Shown: positions 1 through 15,077 of the stretch, one piece after another
How the letters are laid out: the number at the start of each line of letters is the position of its first letter
Numbering within the stretch: the stretch's first letter is position 1
Assembly (NCBI GenBank): GCA_951406725.2
Contig: OX597833.1
Span: 35,526,001 to 35,590,000 of the forward strand
Reading direction: 5' to 3'
Source of the DNA: Octopus vulgaris
Lineage: Eukaryota
DNA: 64,000 nucleotides
Notes under the pieces: model-generated
Database searches by the model: none
Seen by the model: only the letters and a program-made list of their open reading frames with translations
Told to the model about the DNA's origin: nothing
Translations under genes and position numbers: made by a program

Positions 1-697
1 GTACAAGCTGAGCTTGATGATTAAAGACATAATTGATATATTGTTGAACGAATATAGTTGAGATGAACTACAAAACTTTTATAGAAAATATCCAAAACTG
101 TCGCTCAGACAGACACAGCAGTCTTTGTGAGAACACAACTCTGACAATCGTCTGCTTGTTTTCAATGACGTAAAGTGATGAATTTGATATGGCGATAGAT
201 ATTTTCCAAAACTGAATTCACATATTTCTTGATATAGCTTTCCTGAACAGTTTTGATTAAATTTTCTTTTATATTTCGGCTATGGCTAAGTAGGATTACA
301 AAACAGAAAGCATGCTATAAATTAGAGCAACTGACATTTTTAAAAACCTTTTTGAGTTTCATCGAACAGCATAGATTTTATTGCCTCTGTTCACAAACTC
401 TCAACGCAGGCTGTAAAATCAGTCGTTACGTAAGCAAGCAAATTTATTCATTTGTAATTCGTTCTGAAGTCGATATGAACAATAAATAGTTCAATAACGT
501 ATCTGGCCATTAATCACCAAGATCCCCTTGTTCAAAACCGCTAATAGAATTACAAGACACTGATGCACGCTTTCAACAAAAACTACGCATGTTCAGTTGG
601 TGCAGTGCTCTACTATACGCTGTTCATTCTAATGGGTACAAGATAAACTATTCATAAATATATTTCCCACTATATATATATGTGTTACTATATATAC

Positions 698-733
<36 letters not shown>

Positions 734-918
734 GTGCATACATATATTAACATTAATGCCATGTGATTGTGAATATACATATCACTGTCACCATCCAGTC
801 ATCTCGGTATTCCATCACCGGAAGTTTCTCACTCAATTTTCTTATCTGTTGTGGCTCAAAGTAATAGAAGCTGTTCTGGCAAAGTAAATTTCTTATACAC
901 AAACCCAATTTAAGTGTC

Positions 919-978
<60 letters not shown>

Positions 979-1494
979 GATATATGTGCTCGCGTGTATA
1001 AGTGTGTGTGGTGTATGTGTGTGTGTGTGTTGTGTGTGAGCGAGAAAAAGGCACAGCATAAAAGTAAAGTATGCGTGCAGATTTACAATTTTGTGAAAAC
1101 ACGTGACATCTAACTATAACTATAAAGAATTATAATAGTAACTTGACAGATTTCGGTTCGATTTCCTGTGTCTCCTTTCGATTAGCGTTTCGTTTTTTTT
1201 TTTCTTGCATATCTAGGAGATAGTTTCAAAGAAAAGGAAAGCATAGATGATATATATGTTTGCATAAATCTGGCTATACATTCAGGCCAGATGAGCAGTG
1301 TAGGCTCCATTGCAACTGAAAACCGAATTACTCGTGAAGTGTTTTGGTAATCTGTGTTAAATATAGATGATTTACTTAAGAGTTAGCTCTATAGGTATGT
1401 GTTCTCTCTTTGCCACTAACATTGGTGAAGGGAGAACCTGAAGTCCATGGCTCATACCATTGGCTTCAACTTTATCCATATCTGGTCAGGCGTG

Positions 1495-1648
<154 letters not shown>

Positions 1649-2289
1649 GTATGTATATGTATGTATGTGTATGTATATGCGTGTGTGATTGCATATATGC
1701 ATCTGTGTATGTGAATTTGTCTCGAATAATGCGGTCCAGATCAAATTGTCTTGTAAATACACACATATGTACATACCCTTACATATATTTAGATTACAAA
1801 CATTCAGGCATACATACATGCATACATACATATATATACATACATACATAGATAAACCTCGTAACTCAAATATGAAGCCACCATTAATGTAATGGACACG
1901 GGAAGTTAACTCGCCGGCAGTTAATGATACTTATTTAATTATTTCGCAGCGAACAACAGTTTATTTGAATCCAAAGAGTACAACATGAAATAAAACAACT
2001 TTAATAACCATTACATATAAACATTCATACATTCGCCCATACACGTAGACACACACATAATATGACATAACCACATTGATAAAAATCTTTTGACACAGTC
2101 AATATAGAGTAAAAAAGATTTATTTGATAAAATCTACCTCTACAAGATGGTTAAAATAAAGCAAAAATGGAATGTGAATGCAGTCCTTAAAATTTCTGCG
2201 AAATAAAAATCAAAATGTAACAAAATGACTCTTGGATTTACTGTTAATAATGGTAGAGGTGAAAACTATTTGCTAGGATTTTAATGAAG

Positions 2290-3500
2290 ACTGTGAGAGA
2301 TGTTATATAAAGAATAAGAGTAGGAATAATGCATGAAGACTACTTGATACATGCACGGTTGCAAAAATATGTGCCTTGTAAAGTTTATATATCTTAAATT
2401 TCCAGTAAATGCATTTCAGAATTTCTTTTTTGCAAGATAGTTGCGTAATGAGATCGATACAAAAAGGATATAATAGACCTCCATAGTTCAAAGATTACAG
2501 GTATTTGTTATTTACATTAGCATCAGAAAGTACACCTATGATGTCATGAATTATCTTCTAATGACAAATGAAGAGAGCAAAAGAAGTTTGTTTCTGCTCT
2601 GGTTTTTGAAGGGAATACGTGAGTGTGTAAAATCTTCATTTAAATGGTTTTGCAGTCATACCGAAGAAATGTTTCAAGTTGTCATTGACAGTAACTAAAT
2701 AATGGTGCACATTATCTTTGGGGATGCAGTTATATTCCAGAGGGCAGGTATTAGGGAAGTAGCATGATGGTGTTTTGTCATGCTTACTAAGTTTGGAGAT
2801 GTTACAAAATATTAAAAGTTTGACAATATTTTTATGAAATATCTAGTTATATTCATAGTTTAAGAACATGTAAGCCAACGGTTCAATTGTAGTATTGAAC
2901 GTAGATGAGTACCGGGCTAGGCATCTATCCCATTTTATTTGTTGTTTTAATTATTTTAATTTGTTGTTTTATTTGTTGTTTTAAATGTTGCTATGTAGCA
3001 AGTTTTATCCTTAAGCCACTTCTCATTAACGCATCATGGCAATTTTGGAAGGTGTTGTGCAAAATCTGTTCATTAGCTGAGGCTGGGGGAAAACCTGGGT
3101 GACTGTTCAGTTGTTATATAATATGTAGTATGAGGTGTAAGGTTGTTTGGGATAGTTAAAATGACTATGGATGCATTTTAGTGTTTCATTAGTATTGCCG
3201 TACGAGAGTAATGAAGGGAATTGGAAAGTTCTAGGGTTAGATCCATATAGATGACCATTGTAATATAAATATATTTGAAAACATAAGTCCTTGAAAAAAT
3301 GGATTGCATTTTTGCAGTGTAACTAACTTCATTCATATATTGTCTTTAATTCATTCTAATTTGGCAACTTGACAAGGATATTAAAAAAGCTTTTTATTCA
3401 CATTACTTAATCATCGTTATATGTTTTATCTTATAATTAATCTTTCTATAATATGTAATTTTCTAGATGGTATAATTTAATTTTTCATTATTGAATTGAT
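2290..3500 (-). mobile_element. Decayed Penelope-like element (RT C-terminal half + GIY-YIG endonuclease)
   Basis: Manual minus-strand translation gives motifs in PLE order: YNDD (RT catalytic YxDD, 3410-3421), VIYMDLTL (~VNFLDVT), CIHSHFNYP (~YIHxxSNHP), SCYFPNTCPLEYNC (Cys linker), HFFGMTAKPFK*RF (~YIGxTxxxFKxR). Stops and frameshifts are present. Confidence 0.75.
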
Positions 3501-3889
3501 AAAATGTGGTTTCTTTCTAATTTATATATATATATATATATATATATACACGCACGCACACACACATATATACATAAACACACATGCACATGCACACTAA
3601 CACACACATATATATGCAATGTGTGTGAGTATATATGTATATATATATACATGTATGTATATATATGTGTGTGTGTTTGTATGTATATATATGTTCTACT
3701 ATTATCTGTTTATCCTAATATTTATAAAATTGTGCTAAATAATTTCTACTCATGTACCCATCGACTTAATAGCATGTCAAAATGTATTCCTAGCAAAGTC
3801 TTTCCAAATTTCTTCCCTACCCGCAAAGCCCATATTACCATCGACCCATCTATCAAGCTACCAAGGTACCGAGAATGGAGCTCTAGGCA

Positions 3890-4040
3890 GTCGACCTGCT
3901 AGAAATAACGGCCAATTCCCGTCAATATCACCCTACTATTTTAGACACGAAAACAAAGGAAGCATTGGACGATATGGTCATTGATGCAAGTATGTCGAGG
4001 AAGAAAAGACGCTATCGTTATGGATGAGGCTAAGCAACAG
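3890..4040 (+). repeat. Dispersed repeat family 'TCGACCTGCTAGAAAT..GCCAAAT..C' (unclassified, SINE-like)
   Basis: The same motif recurs at ~8095-8250 (-), ~30290-30330, ~37790-38040 (-), ~41585-42115 (+), ~45715-45760 and ~49005-49150. Confidence 0.55.
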
Positions 4041-4516
4041 CTATTTAGCTACCCATCCAACTGGACATGGAATCATCATGTCAACTAGTCATACACAAAA
4101 ATACCGAAAGTAATTATTTATTACTATCTTCGAAAAACATAGGAAAGACAAGGGTAAAAGAAGTGCTTTATTCTATCGGGTAGCATGACGTCATGTCTGC
4201 CACAGTGACCGGCCAACACTGAATATAGAGGAAACGCCTAGAGCCTGAATAATAATGACAAGCAGCTATGTCACTCTTAAATCAAGAAATAATGTATAGA
4301 AAGAAAGAAGAGTAAGGCATTGGCAAGCAGACACACGATTAGATAATCAGAGAGGCAGCAGACAGCAGAGGAGTAGTTGTAGAATATGACATAATAGTGA
4401 GCCGTTGTTGGAAAAAAAATGAAAGTATCTCAGAAAACAAAGAGGCATAGGTAGTAATGTTGAACGACGGAAACTACAAGCCACGCACACACGCACACAC
4501 ACCGCACACACACATG

Positions 4517-4570
<54 letters not shown>

Positions 4571-4619
4571 CAGAAACGCACACACATACACAAACAAATA
4601 CACTCACGCACATACATAT

Positions 4620-4771
4620 ATAGAAAGTGATAAATAGATAGATAGTTAGATAGATAGATAGATAGATAGATAGACAGGCAGACAGACAGATAGATAGATA
4701 AACAGACAGACAGACAGATAGTTAGATAGATGGATAGATATGTGGATATGTAGATAGACAGACAGACAGAC

Positions 4772-4849
<78 letters not shown>

Positions 4850-4870
4850 GTAGGTAGATGGATAGATAAA
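4620..4870. repeat. (TAGA)n/(CAGA)n microsatellite
   Basis: Direct inspection. Confidence 0.95.
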
Positions 4871-5524
4871 TAGTCAGACAGATAGGGGTATGTATGAATA
4901 CTAATATTAATGTATATGTATCAACATATTCGCTCATACACAAAAGATTACATAAAGCTATATGCAAGCACTGAGTGTTCTGTGTACAAGAATATATCGA
5001 CGTAAATACAAATGTAGAGACAGACAGACACGTGTCTACACAGACCCGTATGTGTGTGTGTGTGTTCAGACAGAAATACACATTCATACATAAACACACA
5101 CACACACATACACACACACACACATATGTACTATATAGCCGCGCACGCATATGCATTCGCATAAACTGATAGAGGCTGACGTACATATACGTGAATACAC
5201 ACAAGTCTCCATATGCATATATAAATTCGACGACATGTCTTCAGAAGACATTTTCAACGCGGATTTACGCTTCAGCTTCACTTCGTGTAGTTATTCCTGT
5301 GGCTGTTGTTTATTAATAAATTCATGAAGATTTTGGAAAAGCTTTCAGATCATAAACACACACACGTCCCTGCATATTTATGTACATATATGTTTATATT
5401 TATACATATGAATATATATCTTTATATACATATATATCCCTCCTTCCTCTCTCTTTCTCTCTCTCTCTATATATATATATATACATCTGCGTGTATATAT
5501 ATATATATTTACACTCACACATGA

Positions 5525-5556
<32 letters not shown>

Positions 5557-5589
5557 GTGTAGGTATATAACTCTTTATCAATCTATCAT

Positions 5590-5762
5590 TACTCTTTTAC
5601 TCTTTCACTTGTTTTAGTCATTTGACTGTGGCCATGTGGATCACCGCCTTTAGTCGAGCAAATCGACCCCAGGACTTATTCTTTGTAAGCCTAGTACCTA
5701 CTCTATCGGTCTCCAGCATCGGTTGTCAAGCGATGTTGGGGGGACAAACACAGACACACAAA

Positions 5763-5845
<83 letters not shown>

Positions 5846-6050
5846 TATATATATATATATATAAATATACATAAATATACATATATACGACGGGCTTCTT
5901 TCAGTTTCCGTCGACGAAATCCCCTTATAAGGCTTTGGTCGGCCCGAGGCTATAGTAGAAAACACTTGGCTAAGGTGCCACGCAGTGGGACTGAACCCAG
6001 AACCATGTGGTTGGTAAGCAAGCTACTTACCACACAGCTACTCCTACACC
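5590..6050 (-). mobile_element. tRNA-derived CORE-type SINE (octopus OR-like family), near full length with internal (CA)n/(TA)n
   Basis: Minus strand begins ggtgtaggagtagctgtgtggtaagtagc (A box) ... ggttcagtcc (B box), followed by CORE-like gcaccttagccaagtgttttct and a 3' stem-loop with an aagagtaaaagagta tail. Many homologous copies occur in the window. Confidence 0.85.
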
Positions 6051-6111
6051 TCATTCTACATATATTTATATATACATACACGCACATATAACAATTTACA
6101 TACACATATAT

Positions 6112-6468
6112 AGCGTGGTAAGAAGCTTGCTTCCCAACCACATGGACCCGGTTTCAGTCCCACCACGTGGCACCACGGACCAGTGTCATCTGTTATAAAC
6201 CCGAGCCTTCTAAATCCATTGCAATCTGTATCATCAGCAGGGACCTCAGGGTCACAAGCGTTTCGCCTCTTAACCTTTCTCACATACCCTTTTCTCTGTC
6301 ATACCTATATTTATGTGTGCGTTTGTGTTAGTCTTCCACCAATGCTTGACAAATGATGTCAGTTTGTTTACGTCCTCATAACTGTTAATAAAAAAAAATC
6401 AAAGGAGACCCTTGGAATATGAGAAAAAATAAGTACCGGACTCGATTTGTTCACCTGAACCCTTCAAG
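6112..6468 (+). mobile_element. Degenerate copy of the same CORE-type SINE, opposite orientation
   Basis: Head gcgtggtaagaagcttgcttcccaaccacatgg...cagtcccaccacgtggcacc. Body atgcttgacaaatgatg...gtttacgtcc...ataagtaccggactcgatttgttc. Confidence 0.7.
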
Positions 6469-6516
6469 TCATTGAGTGAGCATGTCAAGGATAAATTATG
6501 TGTTTTCATACATACA

Positions 6517-7114
<598 letters not shown>

Positions 7115-7335
7115 TATATATATATGTATATATATATATATCACTGAACAGCAGCAAAAATGATACAGAAAATCTCCAATTAGAATAGTCTGCTTTTAAT
7201 TTCCTTGTGCTTGTGGTAAATTTCAGCTTCAGGTTTGTTTGCTTTATTTCGCTAACAAAAGGTTAACTTATAGTGAGAAATAGCAATCGGTATACCTATC
7301 ATTCCGTTTGTATTTCGCCTGCATATGTGTGTGTG

Positions 7336-7394
<59 letters not shown>

Positions 7395-7398
<4 letters not shown>

Positions 7399-7489
7399 CT
7401 TCTTCCCTTCTTTCCTGAGCGTCCAATAATACTTTATTTGTTCCACATCCTTGCGTTGTTGCTTTTTGTTTTCTTGTTTGGATTAACTT

Positions 7490-7581
<92 letters not shown>

Positions 7582-7697
7582 CCGAAATTGCGAGGATGAT
7601 CCGGTTCTTGACTGAAGATTAGAGGCTTCGAATGCCCCGTCCGCTTTTTGTGTCGTCTCTTTGAGTGTTTTGCGTTCTTGTCCCATTTTGTATTTTT
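7395..7697 (+). repeat. Two non-coding repeat blocks embedded in (TA)n, probable Penelope pseudo-LTR derivatives
   Basis: Block 7405-7490 matches 18595-18681 (-). Block 7578-7697 matches 18810-18945 (+) and 17035-17193 (-). All copies sit in TA tracts. The PLE origin is inference. Confidence 0.55.
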
Positions 7698-7715
7698 ATA
7701 TATATTTTTTATACA

Positions 7716-7844
<129 letters not shown>

Positions 7845-8008
7845 TGAATGAGTGTGTGTATGAGTGTGTGTGTGAAATAAGGAGTCGAATTGACTGTAAG
7901 AGAAAAAGGATAAGAGTGGTACATAATTGATGAGTTTGTAAAAAATATATACTGAATGAGGGAGGGGAGGTACAAGCAATGAAAATGGGATGTACAGACG
8001 GTAAAAGA

Positions 8009-8042
<34 letters not shown>

Positions 8043-8094
8043 CAGTGGAGGGACAGTGTGGGGGGATGGGGGTGAGAAAGCAGAAGTGACGGTC

Positions 8095-8250
8095 AGTTGT
8101 CATTCTTTAGCTCCGGGTCAGAACAGATCGAATTATGGTGGAAGGCGATCTTTTAACCTGCGCGTATTGAACCCCCGATCTCATTGCCCAGTGTCTTTTT
8201 CTAAGTGATGTGACGGAGAATTTGACTGTTATTTCTAGAAGGTCGAGCGG
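8095..8250 (-). repeat. Copy of the 'TCGACCT.CTAGAAAT' dispersed repeat
   Basis: Minus strand reads ctcgaccttctagaaataacagtcaaattctccgtcacatcac ... ctgacccggagctaaagaatgacaac. Confidence 0.55.
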
Positions 8251-8896
8251 CCGGGCAGCATGAGAATGAGAGGTACTAATAGCTATGACAGTCTGAAAAT
8301 GAGACAGTAAGACCGACATGCAGAGACTGAGAGGTGGGGGCGGGAGGTAGAGACCGATATGCTAACTAACTATGAGGAAGAGTAGGAGGTACTGACAGAA
8401 ATTCTAAGAGGAAGAGGTTTTGAAAGAGAATAGGACCCGTATACAGGCAGAGAGAGAGACAGAGTAAGAGCTAGTGCCTGGCAGACAGACATACATGCAG
8501 CCCATGCATGTAAGATCAATAAAATACAGTGAGAGGGGTAAATAGACAGAATGAGAGAGAAGAGAGGATATGATCTAGGACTGAGTGAGTAAAACAATTA
8601 CAGTCAGTTAGGATCTCTTCCTAGTCAAGTGAGGTTAGTTAGTATAAGAAAAAAGGGAAAGAGTGAAATAAATTATAAGAGAGAGATAGAGACGGAGAGA
8701 GAAAGAGAGAAATAGAAAGAGTAAGGACGAGAGAGCGAGAGAGAGAAAGATGAAGGTGAGTAAGAGTTAAAGGGAGACGGAATGGGGAGAAAGTTGGAGC
8801 AAAATGAATTCTATGTCGAATTTGAAAACCGTTTTACATACAGCGACGGCCCGCTTTATACTTGGCTGGACAGACGGAGGAATTTTACTCCATTTA

Positions 8897-9014
<118 letters not shown>

Positions 9015-9954
9015 AAGCATGTATGTATGTGTATGTAAATATGTAGGTAAGTTAGGTAAGTATACGTGTGTATGTGAGTATATATATATATATATAAATT
9101 AACTTGTTGGCTTGTTGATCGGGTGACATGGGGAGAAGGAGGAGAAAGAGGAAGAAGAAGGGGTGAGATGGAAGGGGAGGGCCGGTAATTTTGTGGGTAG
9201 TGGCTTACATATTCTGTCGAAGTATAACCGACCTAGCAGAAATACTACTATTACTACTACTACACAAAACGCTAAACCTGTATACTGACTTAGGTCAGAA
9301 AACGGCTCGCTGCAGCTCTAGATTTCACCATTTTGCCACCAACACAACCTTGTTAATATATTTTTACGTTTACTTGCCGCTTTATTTATTTTCGTTCTTT
9401 GCTTTTAACTTCATCTTTGATATATTTTATCTAACTTCCATTTCTTTTCGTTCTTCATATTTTAAACCATGTTCTCTCTTCATCCTTTCGTTGGTTTCTT
9501 TTTCATTTATTGTTTTCCCATCTTTTTATCGTTATTTATTTTCATTCACTTCGCTCTATTTTCAATTATTGCTTATATTCGTATTTTTAAAAAACATGTT
9601 CGTCCATTTTTTTCTGCCTGTCTGTCTGTCTTTCTGATCGTCTGCATGTCTATCAATTCGCTTTTTTCTTCATGCGTTCTCCATTCACACTCACGTACAC
9701 ACATATTCAGATAAATTCTGTTTTCCTTCTCCACCCACAACTGCCATCTTTATCTCATATCCCCCACTCTCTTTAAACATTGCAACACCGTGCTAGCACT
9801 TTCGAATTCTCCCTCCTCTGAGGTCAATCCTCCCTCCTCCTTTACTCCATCTGCACTTCTCGTTTCTCCTCCCACCTTTCCAGACATTGCATCAATGACA
9901 TTCGGTTTGTAAGCTTGTTACACATACATATTCAGCTTTTTCAAATGTTATGTA

Positions 9955-10017
<63 letters not shown>
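9955..10017. repeat. (CTA)n microsatellite
   Basis: Direct inspection. It produces the poly-Ser ORF 9892-10101. Confidence 0.97.
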
Positions 10018-10753
10018 GATGCTGCTGCTGTCGTTGCTGCTGCTTCTGCCTCTGCAATTCTCATCGTCATAATTATAAACTATGTGTATCATTACTATCA
10101 CTATCGCTGCTATAACTCCTACTACTACGGTAGTCCATCTCCTCTCACTGCTGTCTGCTCAGTATATACGAAAATTATGTATGCATGCATGTATGTATGT
10201 ATTAATATTTCTATCTTCAGACACACACACACACACATTGTATAAAGGTTATTATGCTTTCGGGGTGCTAAGGACTATTATGTAAAGAATTAAGGCTGCT
10301 ACTACTGGACTGGACGAGAACTACCTAACACCCACTTTTTACTAAAACATCTTTTTTCTCCCAATACAAAAGTATTTCAGTCCTACTATTCTGACGAATC
10401 TTGTCTGTCCGACTATTTCTCCCTCCTCCCGCCCTCTCACAGTAACTCTCTTCTTTTTCACTCCCACCCTCACATACTCTCAAAAACTAGCTTCCTCCTC
10501 CCTCTCCCTTTCACTTTATCCGTCTGTCTCTCTCTCACACAATCATATTACCTTCCTGTGCTCTGCATTTTGCTTTATTTTTTTCTTTTTAACTTTTTTT
10601 TCACCACCCAGTTTATCTTATCACTGTTTCCTCCCCTTTTTAATCCCCACTTCTATCATCTCACTCATACTCTCCCTCTTATACAAGCTTTCCCGCCACT
10701 TTCTCTCTCACCATATCAACTGATTCTATGAGATCATTTTTTTCCCCCTTTAG

Positions 10754-10818
10754 AAACGGACTCACCACTATACGAGACAGACAGACGAGAAGAACATAAA
10801 AGAAACAATATCCAACAG
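10754..10818 (+). other. Candidate 65-nt spliced exon (5'UTR, lncRNA or microexon)
   Basis: Polypyrimidine acceptor ttttttcccccttTAG preceded by aactgat (branch-like), donor CAG|gtattt, and a purine-rich exon body. Confidence 0.35.
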
Positions 10819-11698
10819 GTATTTATATTAATTGCCCTCCGTTTTCTGAAAATCTTAGTTCTGATTGTTTCATAAATGAATGTTCGTGTGTATATTTGTA
10901 TGTGTGTATGCGCGTGTGTATATGTACGTTTCTATGTATACGTGCATACGTACATACAAGAAAATATACACATATATAAAACATGCTTTTTATATGTATA
11001 ATGTATATATATATATATTGTTGTGTCTTGAAGTATTATTTAAGTAACAGTTGATGTTCTCTAAACAATGTTACGTAAATTTTGGAACACATTTTTAATG
11101 TAAGATCTTCCAAAGCAGGAATTCATAAAATGTAACTGAAAATACGAGCAGTACTCTATTCACTTATTAAGACTATATAAAAAAAAAGTGGTAATGAGGA
11201 AAAATGTTTTATTTAAATATACTTTATGAGTTCTTATAGCAACTGTGAAATCTGTTGAGGAAATCAGGTTGAGAAACAATGATGGATCTATATATTTGGT
11301 TGCTAAAATTATTGATAAAAATAATGATTAGAACTTTACTAAATGTTACTGAAAATTTATCTAAATAAATGGAAATATATGGCAAGAGTTTTATATAGTC
11401 TTTGTGACTAACTATAAATGATGCTATCTGTATGTGTCACATATATGAAAATACTATCGACACTTATATATATACACACATACACATTATAACAGATAAT
11501 GAACAAGCAAAACATTTGGCTTTATTGAAGAATATTTAATTTATAGTCGAAAACATAGAGCAGAATAGTTATAAGAAATACGTAAATATGAATGTAAGTA
11601 TGCATGTATGCATGTATGTATGCATGTATATATGTATCTATCTATCTATCTATCTATCTCTCTCTCTATATATATATATATAGACAGATATATATAGA

Positions 11699-11748
<50 letters not shown>

Positions 11749-12419
11749 CATACATACATACACACAGAAATATATAGATAGACAGATAGATAGATATATG
11801 TATTTATGTATTTACTTAAACAATATATATTAAGCAACTTTATGTTGGGTAACGCTGTCTGGGTCACACGTAATGTTCGCAGCTTCAGAATCGATCTTGC
11901 GAATAAGGATTCCGCTCAACCATCAAAAGGTACTGTAAAACAAGCATCAATAATATCGATGAAGAAGCCCTAGAAATATCGTCGGCGCTCATTACAAATG
12001 TGAAATTGCCTATTTACCTAACCGACATTCTGTCAATAATCTTATCTATATTTATGATAATCACATTTTGTTGCATTCCGTCTGAGAATCTCGGTTACTT
12101 TATCTTCACGCCTGCATATCAGACTACTGCACTGCCTATCTGTCTACCTGTCTGTTATTTGCACCCCTCCACACAATCTTTCCTTGTTTCTATGTGTCTG
12201 GCTGCATGCTTGATAGTACGTTTCTATGTCAGTCTACATACTTGTCTGGCCGTTTATGGAACTGTTTGCTAAACGCTAGGTCATGCTTCCATTTGTCGGT
12301 TTGAGCGTGCAAGAAAAATTGACGATTTGCATTCTAACAGGGTTAGTTTTTAACATAAATATAAATAACATAAGAATGCAAACTACATTATATTCATGCA
12401 GGGAATGATAGCGTTATAT

Positions 12420-12720
12420 ATATAATCTAGGTATGGTAGATGGGTTCAGTAAAAAATTTAGATTCAGATTAATATAGTACTTAAGTTGGGGCACCAGAAT
12501 TTAGTATGGTATTATCAATACAATTTAAAAATAAGGTGATTAAAATCAAAATAAGCGACAAGAATATCCAGAGGTAATGCAGTACGATCGTTTCATGCGA
12601 TTCCATTTAATGCAATCATTTCTTTACATCAATTTAAAATGTAGACATAGAATTTTATTAAATTAGAGGGACACATTAGTAAAATTTTACCCCAAATCTC
12701 CAAGAGGATAAGGAGATAGA
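12420..12720 (-). repeat. Probable Penelope pseudo-LTR remnant carrying a half hammerhead motif
   Basis: Minus strand cgcatGAAACGATCGTActgc at 12579-12599 (GAAA, palindromic helix III, GUA). Confidence 0.35.
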
Positions 12721-13174
12721 CAAAGAACATGTTTTACCGACAACATCATAGTTGTAACTGTAAATACGTACGCGTATATATACAAATGTACGAAGGTATA
12801 CGTGCATAAATGTTTTTATGCATGCATGTATGTATATGCAGTGAGACCAGTCATTTATGTAAGAGCACACTCACACACACATAGACATATATATGTATGT
12901 AGGTATGTATGTAAACGTATTGACCATAAATATATGAGAATGTAATAAATATGTGAATAGGTTCAAATAATGTTAGTCAAAATAGAAGGATGAAAAGTAG
13001 AGAAAAAACACTTCTTCAAACACAATTTTTAAATCAAAAATACACTAAAAAAAAAACAATAATTCAAAGCTGTCATTGAAATTTAATAACAGAGACAATA
13101 GTTTTTTCAGTATATGTATACAAGATTGAATATAAGTATGTGTTTGTGTGTGTATGTAATTGTATTTATGCATG

Positions 13175-13221
<47 letters not shown>

Positions 13222-13276
13222 TTAGCTATATATATATGTATGTTTGTGTGTATATATATATAAATGTACATACGTG

Positions 13277-13315
<39 letters not shown>

Positions 13316-13537
13316 ATATATATATGTGTATATATATATGCATATATACATATATATTTGTATTATATATTTATGTTCATGTATATATACACACGGACAT
13401 ACACACTTATCTACAGATATGCACACACAAATACACGCATATATATACATATATGTTTGTATGTATGTATATATATATATATATATGAATGTATATATAT
13501 ATTTATATATATACACACATATATATATATATATAAA

Positions 13538-13580
<43 letters not shown>

Positions 13581-13699
13581 TTATATATTTATATATATAT
13601 ATATATATATGTGTATATATATAAATATATATATACAGTCATATATATATATATATATATTAAATATATAAATATGTATATATATATATATATATATAA

Positions 13700-13740
<41 letters not shown>

Positions 13741-14169
13741 CAGAGATATATAGAGCTTGGAAGAGATAGATAAATAGAGAGAGAGAGAGAGATAGAGATA
13801 GAGAAATTAATAGATTGGTAGATATCAACATACATACACAAATACATACCAACCTGCACACATATATATGAATTACTTTATTAAAATAAGTAAAATTTAA
13901 GAAATCCATTAATTAAGTTTGTAAATGTTAATGAAAGATAGCATTACCATTGCCCAAAAAATAATAAATAAAGAAAGAAAAATGTATAGTTGTATACAAG
14001 GGAAAATTGGCATGTATATATTAAATGTCGTGCTCAGACGACTGTTTCAAACAGTTGATTCTGGATCAATTAAGAAACACTTATACATTGAGTAATAATA
14101 ATTCTTAAAAATATAAGAAATTTTCAAGCACTTGTTACCCGCTATTATGTGTCTACTTGTGTACGTACG

Positions 14170-14213
<44 letters not shown>

Positions 14214-14218
14214 TATAT

Positions 14219-14516
14219 GTTTCATATTTGACTATATATACTATTCTATCGGTCTCTTTTTGCCGAACCGCTAAGTGACGGGGACCTAAACACACCAGCA
14301 TCGGTTGTCATGCTAGGACAAACACAGACACACAAACACACACAGATATACATATATATACATATATACGACAGGCTTCTTTCAGTTTCCGTCTACCAAA
14401 TCCACTCACAAGGCATATCGGCCGGGGCTATAGCAGAAGACACTTGCCCAAGATGCCACGCAGTGGACTGGATATGTGGTTGGTTAGCAACTACTTACCA
14501 CACAGCCACTCCTGCG

Positions 14517-14518
<2 letters not shown>
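14219..14518 (-). mobile_element. CORE-type SINE copy with internal deletions
   Basis: ctattctatcggtctcttttgccgaaccgctaag...cacacagccactcctgcgcc, homologous to 6590-7114. Confidence 0.88.
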
Positions 14519-14611
<93 letters not shown>

Positions 14612-14710
14612 GTATATATGTCTATACAATATATATATGTATGTATCTATATCTATATCTATCTATATATATATATATATGTATGTATATATATGTCTGT
14701 ACAAAATATA

Positions 14711-14754
<44 letters not shown>

Positions 14755-14849
14755 AGTATGTACGAATATATATATACGTATATATGTATGCATAGATGTA
14801 TGTATATATATACATACATATATATATATATATGTATACACGTAAGTAC

Positions 14850-14890
<41 letters not shown>

Positions 14891-14931
14891 CATATATATA
14901 TAGATATATATATATATTTACCTCATAACAA

Positions 14932-15010
14932 GGCGTGGCGTGTCTGTAAAAAAGTGTTTGCTATTCAACCACATGTTTGGTGGTTCACTTCCACTGTATG
15001 AAATCTTGGC
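14932..15010 (+). mobile_element. Degenerate CORE-type SINE head
   Basis: ggcgtggcgtg...ttgctattcaaccacatg...ggttcacttccactg...cttggcag. Confidence 0.5.
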
Positions 15011-15077
15011 AGATTAAGACTGAAGGTGTATAATCATATATGTATATATATATAAATAAATAAATATATATATATAC

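Noticed and set aside
253-489. 78-aa ORF as a host gene or hAT transposase piece
   Set aside because: No recognisable motif. It is short and AT-rich.
5229-5285. Hammerhead-like arrangement on the minus strand around the palindrome atgtcttc-a-gaagacat
   Set aside because: The core reads CUGAAGC, C15.2 is missing, and the helix I arms are not complementary.
7578-7650. ctgaaga...cgaat as a hammerhead, or the upstream hairpin (18781-18838) as a SECIS
   Set aside because: GAAA is absent (GAAT/GAGT in all copies), helix II is unconvincing, and there is no RUGA/GA quartet.
11983-11990. Nearby gatga...gaaa...gtc motif (11955-11990) as a hammerhead
   Set aside because: The core lacks C3/U4 and there is no helix I.
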